A DNA stretch of 49,127 nt from Chiloscyllium plagiosum (Eukaryota): positions 5,022,879 through 5,072,005 of the forward strand of contig NC_057752.1 of the NCBI RefSeq assembly GCF_004010195.1, in the 5' to 3' direction. Every line of letters starts with the position of its first letter. Position 1 is the first letter of the stretch. A program made the position numbers and the translations under genes. The notes below the pieces were generated by a model. It had not been told where the DNA came from. It saw only the letters and a list, made by a program, of their open reading frames with translations, and made no database searches. Shown here in pieces: positions 1 through 13,509 of this stretch.

Positions 1-1060
1 GAGAGTCCAGTTCTTGCAAGTGCACTGAGCTTGTTATGCTGCTATAAATTCCACTTGCAACTTTGATTTGGGATTTTTAATTTTCAGAATTGCCATTTTA
101 AATTGAAACCAATTTTGCTGAAAAAAAATCAGCTTTTAAAAATATATTGGCAGACAGTAAATGTCTTTGAGAAGTAGAATGGAATTGGTTATAGTGAAGT
201 TGATCTCTGGTTGCAATGAACAATGTTTGTCATCTTTGGTGTACTCACTGCATATTACATTTTTTTTCATCATAGTCAAATTTTAAGTACAATGGAAATA
301 CAATTTGGAGAGCGTAGTTTTCTTTTCCACACGAGTCTGTAAATTAACTATTACCGAGTGCCTTTTGCCAATGTGTTTCTCATTTCATCACTTTATGTAT
401 GTAGTGCAAATTCATTCCCCAGATGGATTTCTATTAATAAACCATGTAGATTAGTTGGTCTGCTACCCTTGGTGGTAAGTAGGCTGCAAGCACATTGTTT
501 CTTAAACTGGTACCTCAAGGGCTACTTGGCTATAGACAGACTGGTGCCCATTGAACTGTACCCCAGCGTGAGTCAATGCCTTAAGAAGAGGAAAAGAGAA
601 TTTTGGGATGAAAGAAGCAATTTATTTCAGTGAGCTTTGCTCCCTGTCAGAATATCTATCTCTCTCTCTCATCAAAGATGGACATTCCAAATGTAAGGTT
701 TACATTTTATTTTCAAATCTCTGAGGATTTTTGGGCTGAGTGATGAAAGTCTTCAGTTACAGGGAATATCCTGAATGCTGAATTAGTTAAGGAATCGCAA
801 ATACTTGGGAGGTCTGGCATTCCGAATTCCCAGCAGCCTGATCTCCTAACGTTGCTCTATATTGGAGGGAAATGACTCTGATTGTATAATCATCACTCCT
901 GTGACAATGTCTTTTTACAAACTCCATTGTTTGGTAAATGTGTTGTGATTTGAAATTGTAATGTAATCTGTTTGTATCTTTGTGTACAATCTGTTAACGA
1001 CAATACAAGTAAAATACATTTTTTTAAAAGTCCTGTTTGTTTTCACTTCTTCTGAACTTG
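1..1060 (+). other. Possible end of an upstream gene's 3' UTR with variant poly(A) signals
   Basis: Repeat-free, AT/U-rich sequence with no long ORF. Clustered AATACA/AGTAAA/AATACA hexamers at 1002-1018 are followed by a T-run and a GT/T-rich stretch (cctgtttgttttc). No canonical AATAAA at this site. Confidence 0.25.
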
Positions 1061-1592
1061 ATTTTGTAAGACTCCAGTCCCTAGTTAAGACTTTGTGACA
1101 TGAATCACCGGTTACAGTTTTTCATTTTTGTTTTGCTCTTGGACGTTTTGTTTTAACTTCCATGTTTCTGACAGCTCTTCCATGATTGTGGCAGGTAAAT
1201 GAGTTGAATTTGGAGGATGAACAGAGAACACTCTCTTCCATTTATTTCAGCTACTAATGTTAACCTGTTTTCATACCCTCCTGCCTTCCGAAATGGAAAA
1301 AAATGCCATGTTTCAACTGTCAAACATTTTAAAAATATTGTTGTCAAGCAAGTTGTCTTATTTTCACCTTGATAACTGCAGTGCAAACAAATTTAATAGT
1401 TCAATTTTTTTTAGTAAACAATCAATCAAATACACATTCTAACAAATGAGCAAAGATGTTGCCATTTAGTGACTTGTCTGTTCCTTCTGACATTGACTGC
1501 ATACAAACTAATTTCTGCCAAGAGCATATCATATATCTATTCCAGAAATGGATGATTCCAACTGCAGGCCAATTGTTGAGTGAGAAAAAGTT

Positions 1593-1618
1593 TCTCTCTC
1601 TCTCTCTCTCTCTCTCTC
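1593..1618. repeat. (TC)13 microsatellite
   Basis: Read directly from the sequence. Confidence 0.95.
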
Positions 1619-4164
1619 CATGCCCAACCTTTTGTTTGGGTTTTCTTTTTAACCCCCCTATTCAAAACAGAAATACCACTGAAGCAAAATGAATGAGCAG
1701 CAAAATAACGCCCCTTCCTGATTAGACAACATGATAATGTGCTTTTCTTTTGAACTGCAAAACTGTTGATGTAACTTTGTTAAGCTGTGTCTATTGCACT
1801 AGACATGTATTTTTGTTAGCTGTAACGTGCCACAGGAGTTGAATGAGAATGAGTAAATGCAATCCTGCTTCTGTAATGTTACAGTGACAGTTGCTTATTC
1901 GGAGGCTGGACAGTTATTCTCTGTGGCTATATTTTGCATGTTGAGTGTTCCTCTCCAAGTGATTCACCTAGCCTGGTTCCTTTACCAGTTGTGGAGCCTG
2001 TAAGCTTGAGCATAGATTAGACCAGTTACCTTGAATATGATTGCATATTAGAGTATGTTTAATCTTTCAAAAGCATTTTCTACATGAAAACATTAAATAC
2101 AGTGAATGCTGCCTGATGTGCTGATTACTGTAATATTTACTTGGCTGAGATTCTACTTTACTGTCCTATAAACCTGTGATGAATGACTGGCCACAACCTG
2201 TGATATCCACACCTGTTCGTTTGGTCATGGTATGGCCGCACTAGGACCTAATTGTGCAGTTTCTGCACACACCCCCACCCCTTCAGTGATCCAAGTGCAA
2301 TACTTCAGCTGAGCACTTGCTTGGCTTTTATTAGAGAAATGCTGCTTTGCTCAAAGTTGGTGAGCACGTCACTGCCATGAGTGAGGTATTCACTCATGTC
2401 TTGAAATTGAGTGATCATCTATACATTGGGAAATAAGCCCCAATCCTTAATTGGAACTGGAATGGAGAACTTTGCAGGACTAGGGGAAAAGGCAGGAAAA
2501 TAGCTCATTGGATAATTCTTTCACCCACTCTTTCTTTCCTTTTTTTTAATATTTCTGTACTATTCAGTCATCCGGGTCTCCTGTGGGTACTGGTTCACAA
2601 AACTAACTTTGGATCTTATATTGGGTAAGTGGAGTCCTTTTATGGGCCATGGGGTGGGAGGAAGGTGAGGAAAATTTTTTTCAGAAGTAGCAAATCCTCT
2701 AAATCAGTCAGAAGAAAGTTCTGGACTTTTTACAAGAAGCCGTTGGGGGAGACGACAGGGGGAGCTCTGCACTGTTATAACCTTTGTAAGAGTGGACACA
2801 GTTGTAAAGTTTGTGCCTATATGTGTTTTTTTTTGTTTTAGCTGTTAATACTATTCTTTCTGTTCATTGTAAGATGGGTGGATTTGCAAGATGGAAAGTA
2901 GTTTTGAAACTGATAAAAGTAATCATCCTGCATTTGAGCATGCAAAGCAACAAATTAACTTCATATCACTAGATATCTTTGATTTCTAGTTGCTGGCAGG
3001 ATCTATAAAGCCTTTTCTTCTTTCAGTTCCTGAGTGGTTGTCATCAAGTGGCACTTTACACTGGGAGGATTGTAGGAAGAAAGCCTTCCTATTTTATTTT
3101 GCCATTCTATTGAGTACAATTGTGTTTGTCACGACAACGATTTCTATTTTTTTAAGGAAAGGAAATTTGATTTCAAATGTTGCCTGTGCTGCATTTACAG
3201 ATAGTGCTGAGAAAATGACACCACTTTGTGCTTGGATTTTGAAATTTATTTTTCTTTTTAATGACTCTGTGCTTCCTGCCTGCTGATTGCTTCAAACTTG
3301 CATGGGAAGTTCTCACTGAGGAGAGATGTACTAAAATCACAAAGTACATCGCCACTTAAGTTTCATGAAGTTCCTCTGAATCTTCCCTTCCATATCCATG
3401 AAATTAAATCAGATTTTTGATAGCAAGTTATCATTTGCAGTAAACAGTTTGGAGCAGGAGTAAAGAGATATTTCCAAGATGATCCTGTTAGACCAAAATA
3501 AGTGATATTGCAACCTCTGAAGGGTTAGCAGTAACATATTCTTAAATGTTTGGATGTATTAAAGGGTCTGTATCCAATTTTCTTGTAAATTTTCCCCATG
3601 TAAAAATGAGGGATAGCTCAGTGCTGAATAAAGAGCACATTCCACTTCACCCAGTGTTGGTACTAAGTACTCAACAATCAGTTACACGAGGGCTAGCTGC
3701 AGAATAAAGCTCCCACTGCTCTAGCCCAACAATGAGTCTTTGTTTCAACCTCAAAAGGTTCCCTCCTACTATTGGACCAACATGTCAATTCCACTTCCCA
3801 CACCATTGTCCTGTGAGACTGCCAGTCCTGTACTAAGCGCCCACACACATTAACAACTGGCCTAAGACTGCCTCAACTCCTTCCCAGAAAGACCCTTCAA
3901 GCCAGAGGAGAGACGCAACATCCACACCGTCAGTGTGGACTGACCCTGAACCTTGGGACCAAAACTGAAAGGCCTGTGGCAGTACCCTGTTACTTCACTA
4001 TTGCTATTAAGGGTACAGTGAATATTGTAAAATGGCCAGGAGTTGGAATTTCTACACCATCTGTGGATTTGGGATTTACTTCAATTATGATTGCATAATG
4101 GCATATAGTTCAGCTACCTGGTGGGGAACAGAAAAGGCTAAATATATTCCGTTTTAAAAATTTT

Positions 4165-4441
4165 TTCACTGGCTGGGACAGCATTTATTGCCAATCCCTA
4201 ATTGCCCAGAGGGTAGTTAAACGTTAATCATATTACTCTGTGATCTGGGGGTCACATGTAGGCTAGACCAGGAAAAGATAGCAGATTTCCCTAAAAGGTA
4301 TTTGTGGCAATCAACAGTGGTTATAAATTCCAGATCTTATTGAACTCTGCCATGGTGACATTTGAATCCATGTCCTCAAAACATTAGCTTGGGGTTCTGG
4401 ATTACTGGTCCAGTGACATTACCACTATGCCACCACATCCC
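4165..4441 (-). mobile_element. tRNA-derived SINE with L2/CR1-group LINE tail (same family as 10080-10410 and 26760-27095)
   Basis: Minus strand starts gggatgtggtggcatagtggtaat (A-box-like) and carries ggattcaaat (B-box-like). Body and tail align by eye with the two other copies. Confidence 0.8.
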
Positions 4442-4587
4442 TTTTGAAGAGAAAAAATATCCTTTTAAGTGGAAGAACTAAACTTTGATCAAATTTGCTC
4501 AAGATTGGACCTACCTATCAGAAGACAGCAGCCCCCAATGGAACTATACCTGATAGGAACTGGCGCTGAAGAGAAGGACATTCATTA

Positions 4588-5370
4588 CCTATCCCTGATT
4601 ACCACTGAGAAAGTGGTAGTGAGCCACCCTCTCAAATGGCACTGAATATACCAACACTGCACAGATGACAGCAGTTTAAAACTGAGTTCTAGGATTTTTG
4701 AACCAGAGACAATGAAAGTTCAGAGCTATGTTTCCAAGCCAGAATGATGTATAACCTGGGATCTTGCAGGTGTGATGATTTCCATGTGCTTCTGCCCTTC
4801 ACTTTATAGGACATGGGATGGAGGTCATGGGTTTTGGAAGGTGCTATCAAAGGAAACTTGGTGAGTTGCTGCAGTGCATCATGTAGATGATACACACTGC
4901 TGCTACTGAGCATTAATGGTGGATATGATGCCAATCAGGTGGGCTGCTTTGTCATGGATGGTCTCGAGCTGCTTGAGTGTTGTTGGCGCTGCACTCATCC
5001 AGGCAAGTGGGTAGTATTATACTTTTGACTTCTACCTTGTAGATGGTGGACAGGCTTTAGAGAATCAGGAAGTGAGTTACTTGCCACTAAATTCCTAACC
5101 TCTGACCTGCTCTTGGAGCTGTGGTATTTATATGGCTGGTTCAGTTCAGTTTCTGATTAATGGTAACCCCCAAGATGTTGATTAGTTGGGGATTCAGTGA
5201 TGGTAATCCCATTCAATGTTAAGGGGTGACAATTGAATTCACTCCTTTTGGAGAGAACTGCACTTGTGTAGTGTGAATGTGACTAGTCACTTATCAGTAC
5301 AAGCCTGGATATTGTCCAGATCTTTCTGCAGGTGGATATGGACTACTTTAGTAGCTGGGGAGTTGTGAAA
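4588..5370 (-). mobile_element. Decayed 3' part of an L2/CR1-group non-LTR retrotransposon
   Basis: Minus-strand translation gives LQKDLDNIQA..DK*LVTF..KC, then TLNGITITESPT/INILGVTINQKLN*TSHIN (RT C-terminus) with stops. Same family as 42575-43190. Confidence 0.8.
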
Positions 5371-5371
5371 T

Positions 5372-5680
5372 GCCAGGTTGTCTGAATCATCTTTTGACAA
5401 CACCTTACAAACCCACGGTCAAAACCATCTACAAGGGCAGCAGATACATGGGAACACCTGCTAGTTTCCCTCCAAGACACGCACCATCCTGACTGGGAAA
5501 CACAGCATTCCTTCGGTGTCGATGGGTCGAAGTGTTTGTGGCTTTACCTACACCAAATGGACTGCAGCAGTTCGAGAAGGCAGCTCACCACCACTTTCTC
5601 AAGGGTAATTAGTAATGGGTGTCAAATATTAGTCCAGCTAGTGACACCAACAATGGCATTACTGCCCCTGAATCCCCAAC
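5372..5680 (+). mobile_element. 3' end of a second copy of the same LINE family, head-to-head with the previous one
   Basis: caagggcagcagatacatgggaacac...ggactgcagcagttcgagaaggcagctcaccaccactttctcaaggg is the reverse complement of motifs in 42640-42840. Confidence 0.7.
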
Positions 5681-7979
5681 ATCTTGCACTAGAAACTGCG
5701 GGTTTGTTGATATTGGGTGATGCCACTTGGGAGGGATCTTCCTCTGGCCTGGGCCAGGCCATCAATTCTGAATGGCTGAACTCTAACATAGACTATAGAA
5801 CACTGTTGGCTGCCTGTCGTCTCCACATACATCAACACCTCAAAAGGAGACTGGGAGAAAACCATTTGCGGACACAAAATACATAAAGAAAATAATGTTA
5901 CCAAAAAAACTACAAAGCATACTTTGTAACATTGTCATCGTACTGATTGTCATGATTTGAGACAATGGCAGCTGGAAAGGAAGCACACTAGAGTTGTCTG
6001 GGAACATGACCAATTCGGAGGGTTTAGTATCCTTCTAGCTAATTTTAGTTTGAAAGAGACCTAGTTGCTTTGTCTTTCTCAGTATTTGTAGGAAAAGAGG
6101 GAAGTGCAGAGTACATCTTTCTGTCAAGTGTGCTTTAATTATTTGAATTGCGTCACAACAAACATTTATTTTGCCTAATGAGCCTCTTCCGATTGGCCTT
6201 TGCATGTGTTGATGCAGATGCATGTTTTGGGTGCAATCTGGCTGAGGAAATTGTAAAATGTGAAATCAAAGGAGGGGTTGTGTTTCCTCAGCCGATATGT
6301 AGACAAGTCAAACTTGTACAATTCCTGGTGATTTTCATGCCAGCTCATACATCTATCAACAACATTTGGAAATGAGCAGCGCGCACACACGCCACTGGTA
6401 ATGGTTCAGCTCTGAAAACGTGTTGTTTCAAAATGGCCTCACTTATAAAATGGTGAAAATAAGAAGAATGTTCCTTCCTGCTGCAGGTTCTGTTTCTGTT
6501 GTTCAACTCAATCCACATTTGAACATTTATCAAGAAATGCATTTGGGGCAGCCTTGCAAGATCAAGCCTGTGTTTTGCCAATTTTTTGATCTGGGAACAA
6601 TCCAACTTGTTCTCAAAACAAAGTCTTTGAATTCCCCTCACACTCCTCACCATCCAGCAATGTAAGCTGATTTTCATTCTGTGAATGTTGGCCTCCAAAA
6701 GGTAAGAGATAAATCACTTGTCATTTCAGACAGCCAGTGATATGTAGACTCAGTGTAAAGCAGTCCCAGCAATCTGCCTCTGTCTCAGGGCAGCACTGTG
6801 ATGGCATGACAACTTTTCCACTTTCCATACTAATGTGCACTCTTGGTGAGAGTGTCAAGATAATTGTGGGCTGCGTCCATTAGGGACTGGATTGCAACTT
6901 TGTCAGGCACACTATTGGTAAGACACTCTAGATGCTACCAACTCCATTGTGCCAAGCACTACATACCCAGGATAACAACAAACACTTGTTGAGCAACAGA
7001 ATATTCAACAATAGAATATATAACCAGAGGATATAATGTTCAATAGACATACAAAAAGCAGCCAGTAACCTTTACAATGGATGGTGTGGTATGTAGTGAG
7101 GATTCAAACAGTTGTCCAGTTTAAATGTGAGATTGAAAATACTGGTTAAAATTGATAATCCTCCGGGCCACCTTATTTTTAAAAATCGGAAAACCGTTGT
7201 AGCTCAAATTGGAAACCTTACAGGAACAATACTTGATAATCACTGTAAGGAGTTTCACACACTGCAACTTTAAACTTCACAGCTACCTGTTAAGCTGGGT
7301 TACCCTGGGGTGTGAAAAACAGCATATCAATTCAAGGCTTTCTTTCTCATAATTGCAGTTTCACAATTTAAATGGTGCCTACACTTCCAGATTTAGCAAC
7401 CAACCAGTTTTTTTTCAAGCTGCTCATGAATGTTACTTTTATCCAAGTTGATGAGCGGTATCTTGGTTCCAATGCCATACAGATACATTCAATCTACTTT
7501 TCTCATCAACCAGTTCAGAGAAGTTATTACACATCTCTGGAGCAAGTGGGACTTGAACTTGATCTCTCAGTTCAGGAGTAGGGATACAACTTCTGCACCG
7601 TGAGAGAACACTTTTACAGATATATTCGAACAAGGCAAGGCCTTGTTATGGATTAGTGAGGATGAAACAGCGCCATTTGCATTAGACCTACTTGTAGCTC
7701 ATTCCCAAAGCAGTGAGGACAGTGGCTGTTTTCCAGCTCACAATGAGATGTCCCCATCTGTGTTCATCTGATGCTCCCCCAGTCTATTTGAGCTGTGAAA
7801 TCTACCTCATGCTGAAATATCAGGCAATGATTAGAGTTACGGAACTGCAAATGTAGGTTGGCTTCTAACAGCACTATGAGTTTGCAAAACAAATGTAAGC
7901 TTAGCTTTAATCTGAACGTGGTGTGGGTGGATGAATTCATTATAACTGTGAGGGGGTCTTCCAAGGCTTGTTCTCAGTG

Positions 7980-8085
7980 TGGCAGTTTTCCCTCCATCAC
8001 AACAATTATTGTGCCTAAAAAGAATTCATGACTTGAACTGCTCTGAGACGTTTTGATGGTAAGTAGCTATATAAATGCAAGATTT
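7980..8085 (+). mobile_element. Old SINE/L2-type 3' tail remnant (Deu-SINE-like)
   Basis: Ends in gctatataaatgcaag, a typical L2-derived tail; heavily decayed. Confidence 0.35.
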
Positions 8086-9524
8086 TTTCAAAATCATTTA
8101 AAAAAATTTGATGTGAATTCTCAGTAGAGATTGTCCCATGCAACTGTCCACAAAGAGCTCCAAGAATAATCCTTCCTCTTCTCCTTCTAGTTTATTTCGC
8201 TGAGCTACTTCCCCTAAACAGGAGAGGATAGGCAGCAAGGCTATTCTGAACTTAGATGCCATTGACATTCCTGTGATCTGTGGAAGGAGCAAGCCCGAGT
8301 TGGCTTCGTGGTCCTTTTCTCCTGCTATATTTTCCCATGCTCTTAGGCCCTGCCTGGAAATTAACAAGCTAGCTGCCTCATTCTTTCCTGTATGAAAGAG
8401 GAAGCATTTAATGCTTGAAGTCATAGTTGACGTGCGTCACTGGAATGATGTTGCAAGTAATTTCATGATGGATATTAAATTAAGCCCTTGGGCCTTTATT
8501 GATATCCATAGGATGAGTTACACCATGAACAAGGGAGTGAGCAGCTTTTGAACAAACATTATGATGATAACATCAGTTTTTATCAGAAAATAATGGTGAG
8601 GTGACAAGCATCATCAAGACAACCTTCTGAACACAGTCAAACAAATGTATGATTCAAATCACTGTCACCGTTCCAAATCGTGTGGAACTCCTGTCTGACT
8701 TGGGTAACTGTTCAAGTTAGAGTCACCTGACTGGCTTACATTCAAAGGCTTTTTTGTGGCTTTCAAATTTTGTCTGAAGTTTAAATTTGGGGAGGAGTGA
8801 AGATAGGTGTCTCTGGTAAACCTATCCCATCCTGAAGCCTAACAGGCTCCTGGCTCACTCTGACTGTCATTGAACAGACAGCAAGTAAAATTGGTCAGAT
8901 TGAGCAATGCTACTTTAATGGATAGAGAGACCTAATTTGAAACTGGACTGATTTTAATTTGTATCTTGTGATTAGTATTACTCTTTACAATTACATGACT
9001 TTATTACTTTCCTGTTAGGATTTGGAAGTTGCCTCTAAGAGATTAACCATACGGGAACTCCCAAATGCTCAATTGCAATGCCTGGACCAATTAGTGAATC
9101 AGGATGTTTTGACCAGTGCTGCCTTTGCACTCAGCCAGTAAGGGCAGTTCAAGTGGTTGTAGTGTCCTCAGGTGAGGAAGGGAAGGATGGGGTTTCCACT
9201 CCTGCTTGCTACCCAGGAATATTCATTCCATGGTTTGTGTGGACATTGGTGAGGGCAGGATCAACTTTGCTTTGAAGAAATGGGCTGCTGCTATTCAACT
9301 TGTGCGTGAAGAAGTGAGGCCACTGAGGCCGAATGCCAGAAGGTGCTCAGAACCCACGGTGGGGAAAATAGTTTTAAAAAAACACAATTTTGCTGATGCT
9401 GAACATCTGAAATAGAAAAAAATCAGAAGTACTTAGTACATGACAGTAACATGAACACTATACCACTGCCTCCTGTCTCCATAGGACAATCCTGACTTGG
9501 CTGGGAACAGGTTTGCTGGCAAAA

Positions 9525-9960
9525 ATATCTCTCTTGAGATGAGGAGACCAAAATTGTACACAGTCCTTTACTCCAGGTGCAGTCTAACCAAGTTCCTGTA
9601 CAATAAAAGCAAAACCTCAGTACGCCTGTACTCAAATCCTCAAAAACTTGCTGTATTTGCACGTTAGCCAGCAGTGACATATCTACAAGGACACCCAGGC
9701 TCCTTTTGCATATCTATACTTTCCAACCTCTTGTCATTTAAGAAATACTCTGTCCATTTGTTTCCCCTACCAAAGTGGATCACCTCCCATTTTTTCCCCA
9801 TTACATACAATTTGCCATGTTCTTGCCCATTCACGAAGCCTGGCCAAATCCTCCTGATGCTGCTTCACATGTTCCTCACAACACACATTTCTGCCATTGG
9901 CTATTTACTGTCATCCCTTTAAATAAAGGTCCTCAATTTATCACAGCCAGCTTGCATCCC
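9525..9960 (-). mobile_element. Decayed CR1 LINE ORF2 fragment
   Basis: Minus strand reads CVQFWSPHLKRD (from gaggagaccaaaattgtacaca) plus WARTWQ..IHFG-like RT motifs. Confidence 0.7.
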
Positions 9961-10079
9961 ATACCATCATATTTTCCTTTATTTAAATTCAGGACCCTAG
10001 TCTTAGAATCAACTACATCATACTCCACCTTAGTGAAGAATTCTATTCAATACAACATTCTATTTGATCTTTTATTTTT

Positions 10080-10410
10080 AAAGATGTATTCAGGGATGTG
10101 GGCATTGCTGGCTAAACCAGTATTTATTGCCCATCCCTAGGTGGATTCCCTAGTTAAGCATCAACCACATTGCTGTGCATCTGGAGTCACACATAGGCCA
10201 GACCAGGTAAGGATGGCAGATTTCCTTCCCTAAAGTACACTAATGAATACGATGGGGTTTCCTGACAATTGGCAGTGGTTTCATGATCGTCATTAGACTC
10301 TAATTGCAGATTTTTATCGAATGTGAATCCCACTATCTGGCAGAGTGGAATTCAAATGTGGATCCTCAGAACATTATCTGGATCTTTGAATTAATAGTTT
10401 AGCAAAAATA
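10080..10410 (-). mobile_element. tRNA-derived SINE (family of 4165-4441)
   Basis: Shared core ggagtcacacataggccagaccaggtaaggatggcagatttcc. Its tail matches the LINE end at 42586-42630. Confidence 0.85.
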
Positions 10411-12589
10411 CCACAAGGCAATTCTATCTCCTATCCTATCCTATTGCCAGTCTATCGCCTTTCTTACTTATTCTGTCCCTCCTAAGGAAAACAAAATTAC
10501 AATTCAATGTTTACTGTCCAAACCTGCCCAGTCTACAAACAAGTTTCTACTGGTGCTATTAAATCTATGGCTTCCTGAGACACAAGTTTTGAAATCCTTA
10601 GTATATTTCCCACATTCTGAGCTCTTCAAAACACTCACCTTTCTCTTCATTTGCTGGTACTTAATGCTATTCTTTAATTAGTTTTGTTCCTCTTAACTCT
10701 CCCTGCTCCTAATAACATTCAGTGACTCTTGCTGATAAGTGCATGTGTCTGTGCGGTGGTTGGATACCGAATAGATTAGAGAACACTGTGATGGTCCACA
10801 TAGTCAAACAGCTTGTTAGCATTCATGGTCCTGAACACCATGAAGACTGGTTGGTTGGAAAAGGAGTTTGAGGAGCCTTCACCTAGTCAAGGTAACTTGA
10901 ATGTTAGCACCTATGAGTTGTATGTCAGGAAGAAGCCATTCGTTCAGGAGAGGAGAAGGGAGTAAGCTGAGGTTCAGGAGGGAAAAGTTCTTTGTGGAAA
11001 TGTATTCGCTACAGAAATTGCAGGACAACTGAAGTGTGTCACTTGATTGATTGTTTATATATTTTACTATGAATTGAGTAGTATAGAGATGTCAATGGTC
11101 AATCGTTTAATTAAGTTGCGCAAATATTTGTTTTTTTTCTTTTAGTCTCTAGGATACGTATGAAAGTAGCTGCCAGGTTCATAAGTGTAAGTTGTCCTGA
11201 GATCTCTTTGTTGATAAGACTCATGAAAAGAAGTAGCATTTTTTCTCCCCTGTTGTACTGATCTGGTGCCAGTACCAGTACAATATAATGGCCTCTGGCT
11301 TCACAAAGGGACGAGGCCTTTCATCTTCCCGTTTGCCTGCAGGCAACAATGGACTCTGTGGTGGCTTCATTTGCCACACTGTGTGCCAACTTCTGCCAAC
11401 ATGTGACCTTTTTCAAAGCCTGCAACAGCATAATGCTGCCACTCCTAGAGCGAGATGGGTGCAATCATGCTGGATGCCAACATAAGCCTGACCCAGACTC
11501 TCTTTGCAACAGCAAAAGTGGTGAAGGGTCTGGGTTTTGCCCTCCATCCTGCCCTCTCCCCAAACAGCAGCTCACATTACCTGTGGAAATGTCACACCTT
11601 TTGTTTCAGGTTCCCCCTTGTATGCAATGTAAACAGAAGCAGAGATGCTACAAGTGACCGTCTTAACCCACAGCTGAACTCTGTCAAGCCAATGCATGTA
11701 TTGGTGTGAAATGTGGTAACTACTCGCTGGATCTAACCTTTTTGCCCCTTGACGTTCACTTCTGCTAAATCTACAGATTACAGCAGTGTTGAATAAATGA
11801 AACAGGGACTTCGAAGGAACTCAGAGAGCAGGAGAAATGGAACACATATATGCCAAGAATATCTTTTGTTCACAAGCCTGTACCATGTTGCATCGCTGGG
11901 TTCAAGCTCAGTGTGCACGAGCATGAGTAACATCAGGTTCTTAGACACGGCATGTAGTCAATCAATCCCCTAGCTAATGTCATGCTGTAGAAATTAAACC
12001 GATTTGGCAGCAAAATGGTTAACAATGCACAGTGCAGACTTGTCCTTGCTGTCGTGCCAACTGAGCTTTGACAGTGTTGGAAGAGGAAAGGAGCTGTCAG
12101 TAATAACTGATTCACAGGGTAACTTGGAAAATGTTCCAGAGGAAGTGATTAGCTGTTCATATCACAATGCAGGCAATTATCAGAGTAAGCTGGCACAAGG
12201 TAAGAAGTGATTTCGATGAGAGGAAGAGGTGGCTGATGATTGAGTATATAACATCCTCTTCCAAACCCAGGCAAAAATGATGTGGTCTGGTTCTGCTGCT
12301 CGTATTGTAGTTGTGCGTTTGATGTACCTGACTCTCCATCTGTTTTGTGCAGGGTTAACTTTATCAGTTGGTGTGAGAGGTGGATATATTTTTGTGGACT
12401 GTTTAGCAATAACCTTGAATATTTTCTGGTGGATAATGACCTCCAGACTAGAGAAAGTACTAAAAAACAATTCCATTGAACTTAACTTTCCATATAGTCT
12501 ATTCTTAAAAGAAAGATCAACATACCAGATGATTATGGACCTTGTCATCGGATAGACAGACTCATTCGTAACCAAGAAGTAAAGGTAGA

Positions 12590-12716
12590 GTTGAATTTTG
12601 AATCTTCTTGCCTTACGCTCACCAAGACAAACACAAAAATGGCAAAGTTCAAATAAAAGCATAATGCCGCAGGAGAGAACAATGCTGATTGGTTGACAAG
12701 TCAACTCTGATTGGCC
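12590..12716 (-). mobile_element. Penelope-like pseudo-LTR fragment, inverted relative to the PLE at 13510-20940
   Basis: Reverse complement ggccaatcagagttgacttgtcaaccaatcagcattg...tttgtcttggtgagcgtaaggcaagaagattc aligns with 20794-20915. Confidence 0.55.
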
Positions 12717-12769
12717 CTCGAAACACAACGGGTAATGATTGGCTCCGTAAGCTTCAAGGCAATTCAATT

Positions 12770-13285
12770 AGACGTAAATGCAGAAATAGGCCATTCAGCC
12801 CATTGAGTCTGCTCTGCCATTCAATGAGATGATGGCTGATCTGATCATCCTCAAGTCCACTCTTCTGCCTTTTCCTCAAAACCCTTGATCCCTTACTGAT
12901 TAAAAATCTCAGCCTTGAATATACTTCATGACCTAGCATCAACAGCCCTCTGTGGTAAACAATTGCACAGATTCATCACCCTTTGAGAGAAGGAATTCCT
13001 CCTCACTTCAGTCCTAAATGAACCCTTATTCGGAGATCATATCCTTTGATCCTAGATTCTCACACAAGGAGAAACAACGTCTCTGCATCTCTGTCAATTC
13101 CCCTAAGAACCTTATGTGTTTCAATAAAGTGTACTCTCGTTCTCCTAAACTCCAATGATTACAGGCCCAATCTACTCAACCTCTCCTCATAAGACAGTCC
13201 CTCCAAACTTGGTAGCAGCCTAGTGAACATTCTCTGGACTGCTTCCATTGCTTGTATATCTTCTCTCAGATAAAGGGACCAAAAA
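12770..13285 (-). mobile_element. CR1 LINE 3' end
   Basis: Tail aggccattcagcccattgagtctgctctgccattcaat, plus minus-strand FWSLYLRED..VQRMFTRL motifs. Confidence 0.8.
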
Positions 13286-13509
13286 GGGTGCAAAGCTTGA
13301 ACAAAGTCCTGGATCCCTGTGTGGGAATGTAAGTCACTTTGAGCAAGTATAAATGAGTCTCTTTACAAACTTGTATGAATATCTTAAGCTGGTTATTAGT
13401 GCAACTATTAGCACACCCAGGATTGTTTGGCAATTGCTGCTCAATTACAGAAATGCATCTAACAGCAGACATTTTATTTTGGTTTTGTAAGCCAGGCTTA
13501 GGAATGTGT

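Noticed and set aside
2176..2312. C/D-box snoRNA (GTGATGA ... CTGA)
   Set aside because: No terminal stem, no recognisable rRNA antisense element and no evident host intron; such motifs occur by chance.
8098..9137. Exon-like segments (minus 8098-8390 after a pyrimidine tract; plus 9019-9137 between AG and GTAAGG)
   Set aside because: Translations match nothing I recognise and no coherent multi-exon model links them.
12180..12767. Longest gap-free ORF (195 aa, minus strand)
   Set aside because: No recognisable domain, non-ATG start, and it overlaps a PLE pseudo-LTR remnant; consistent with chance.
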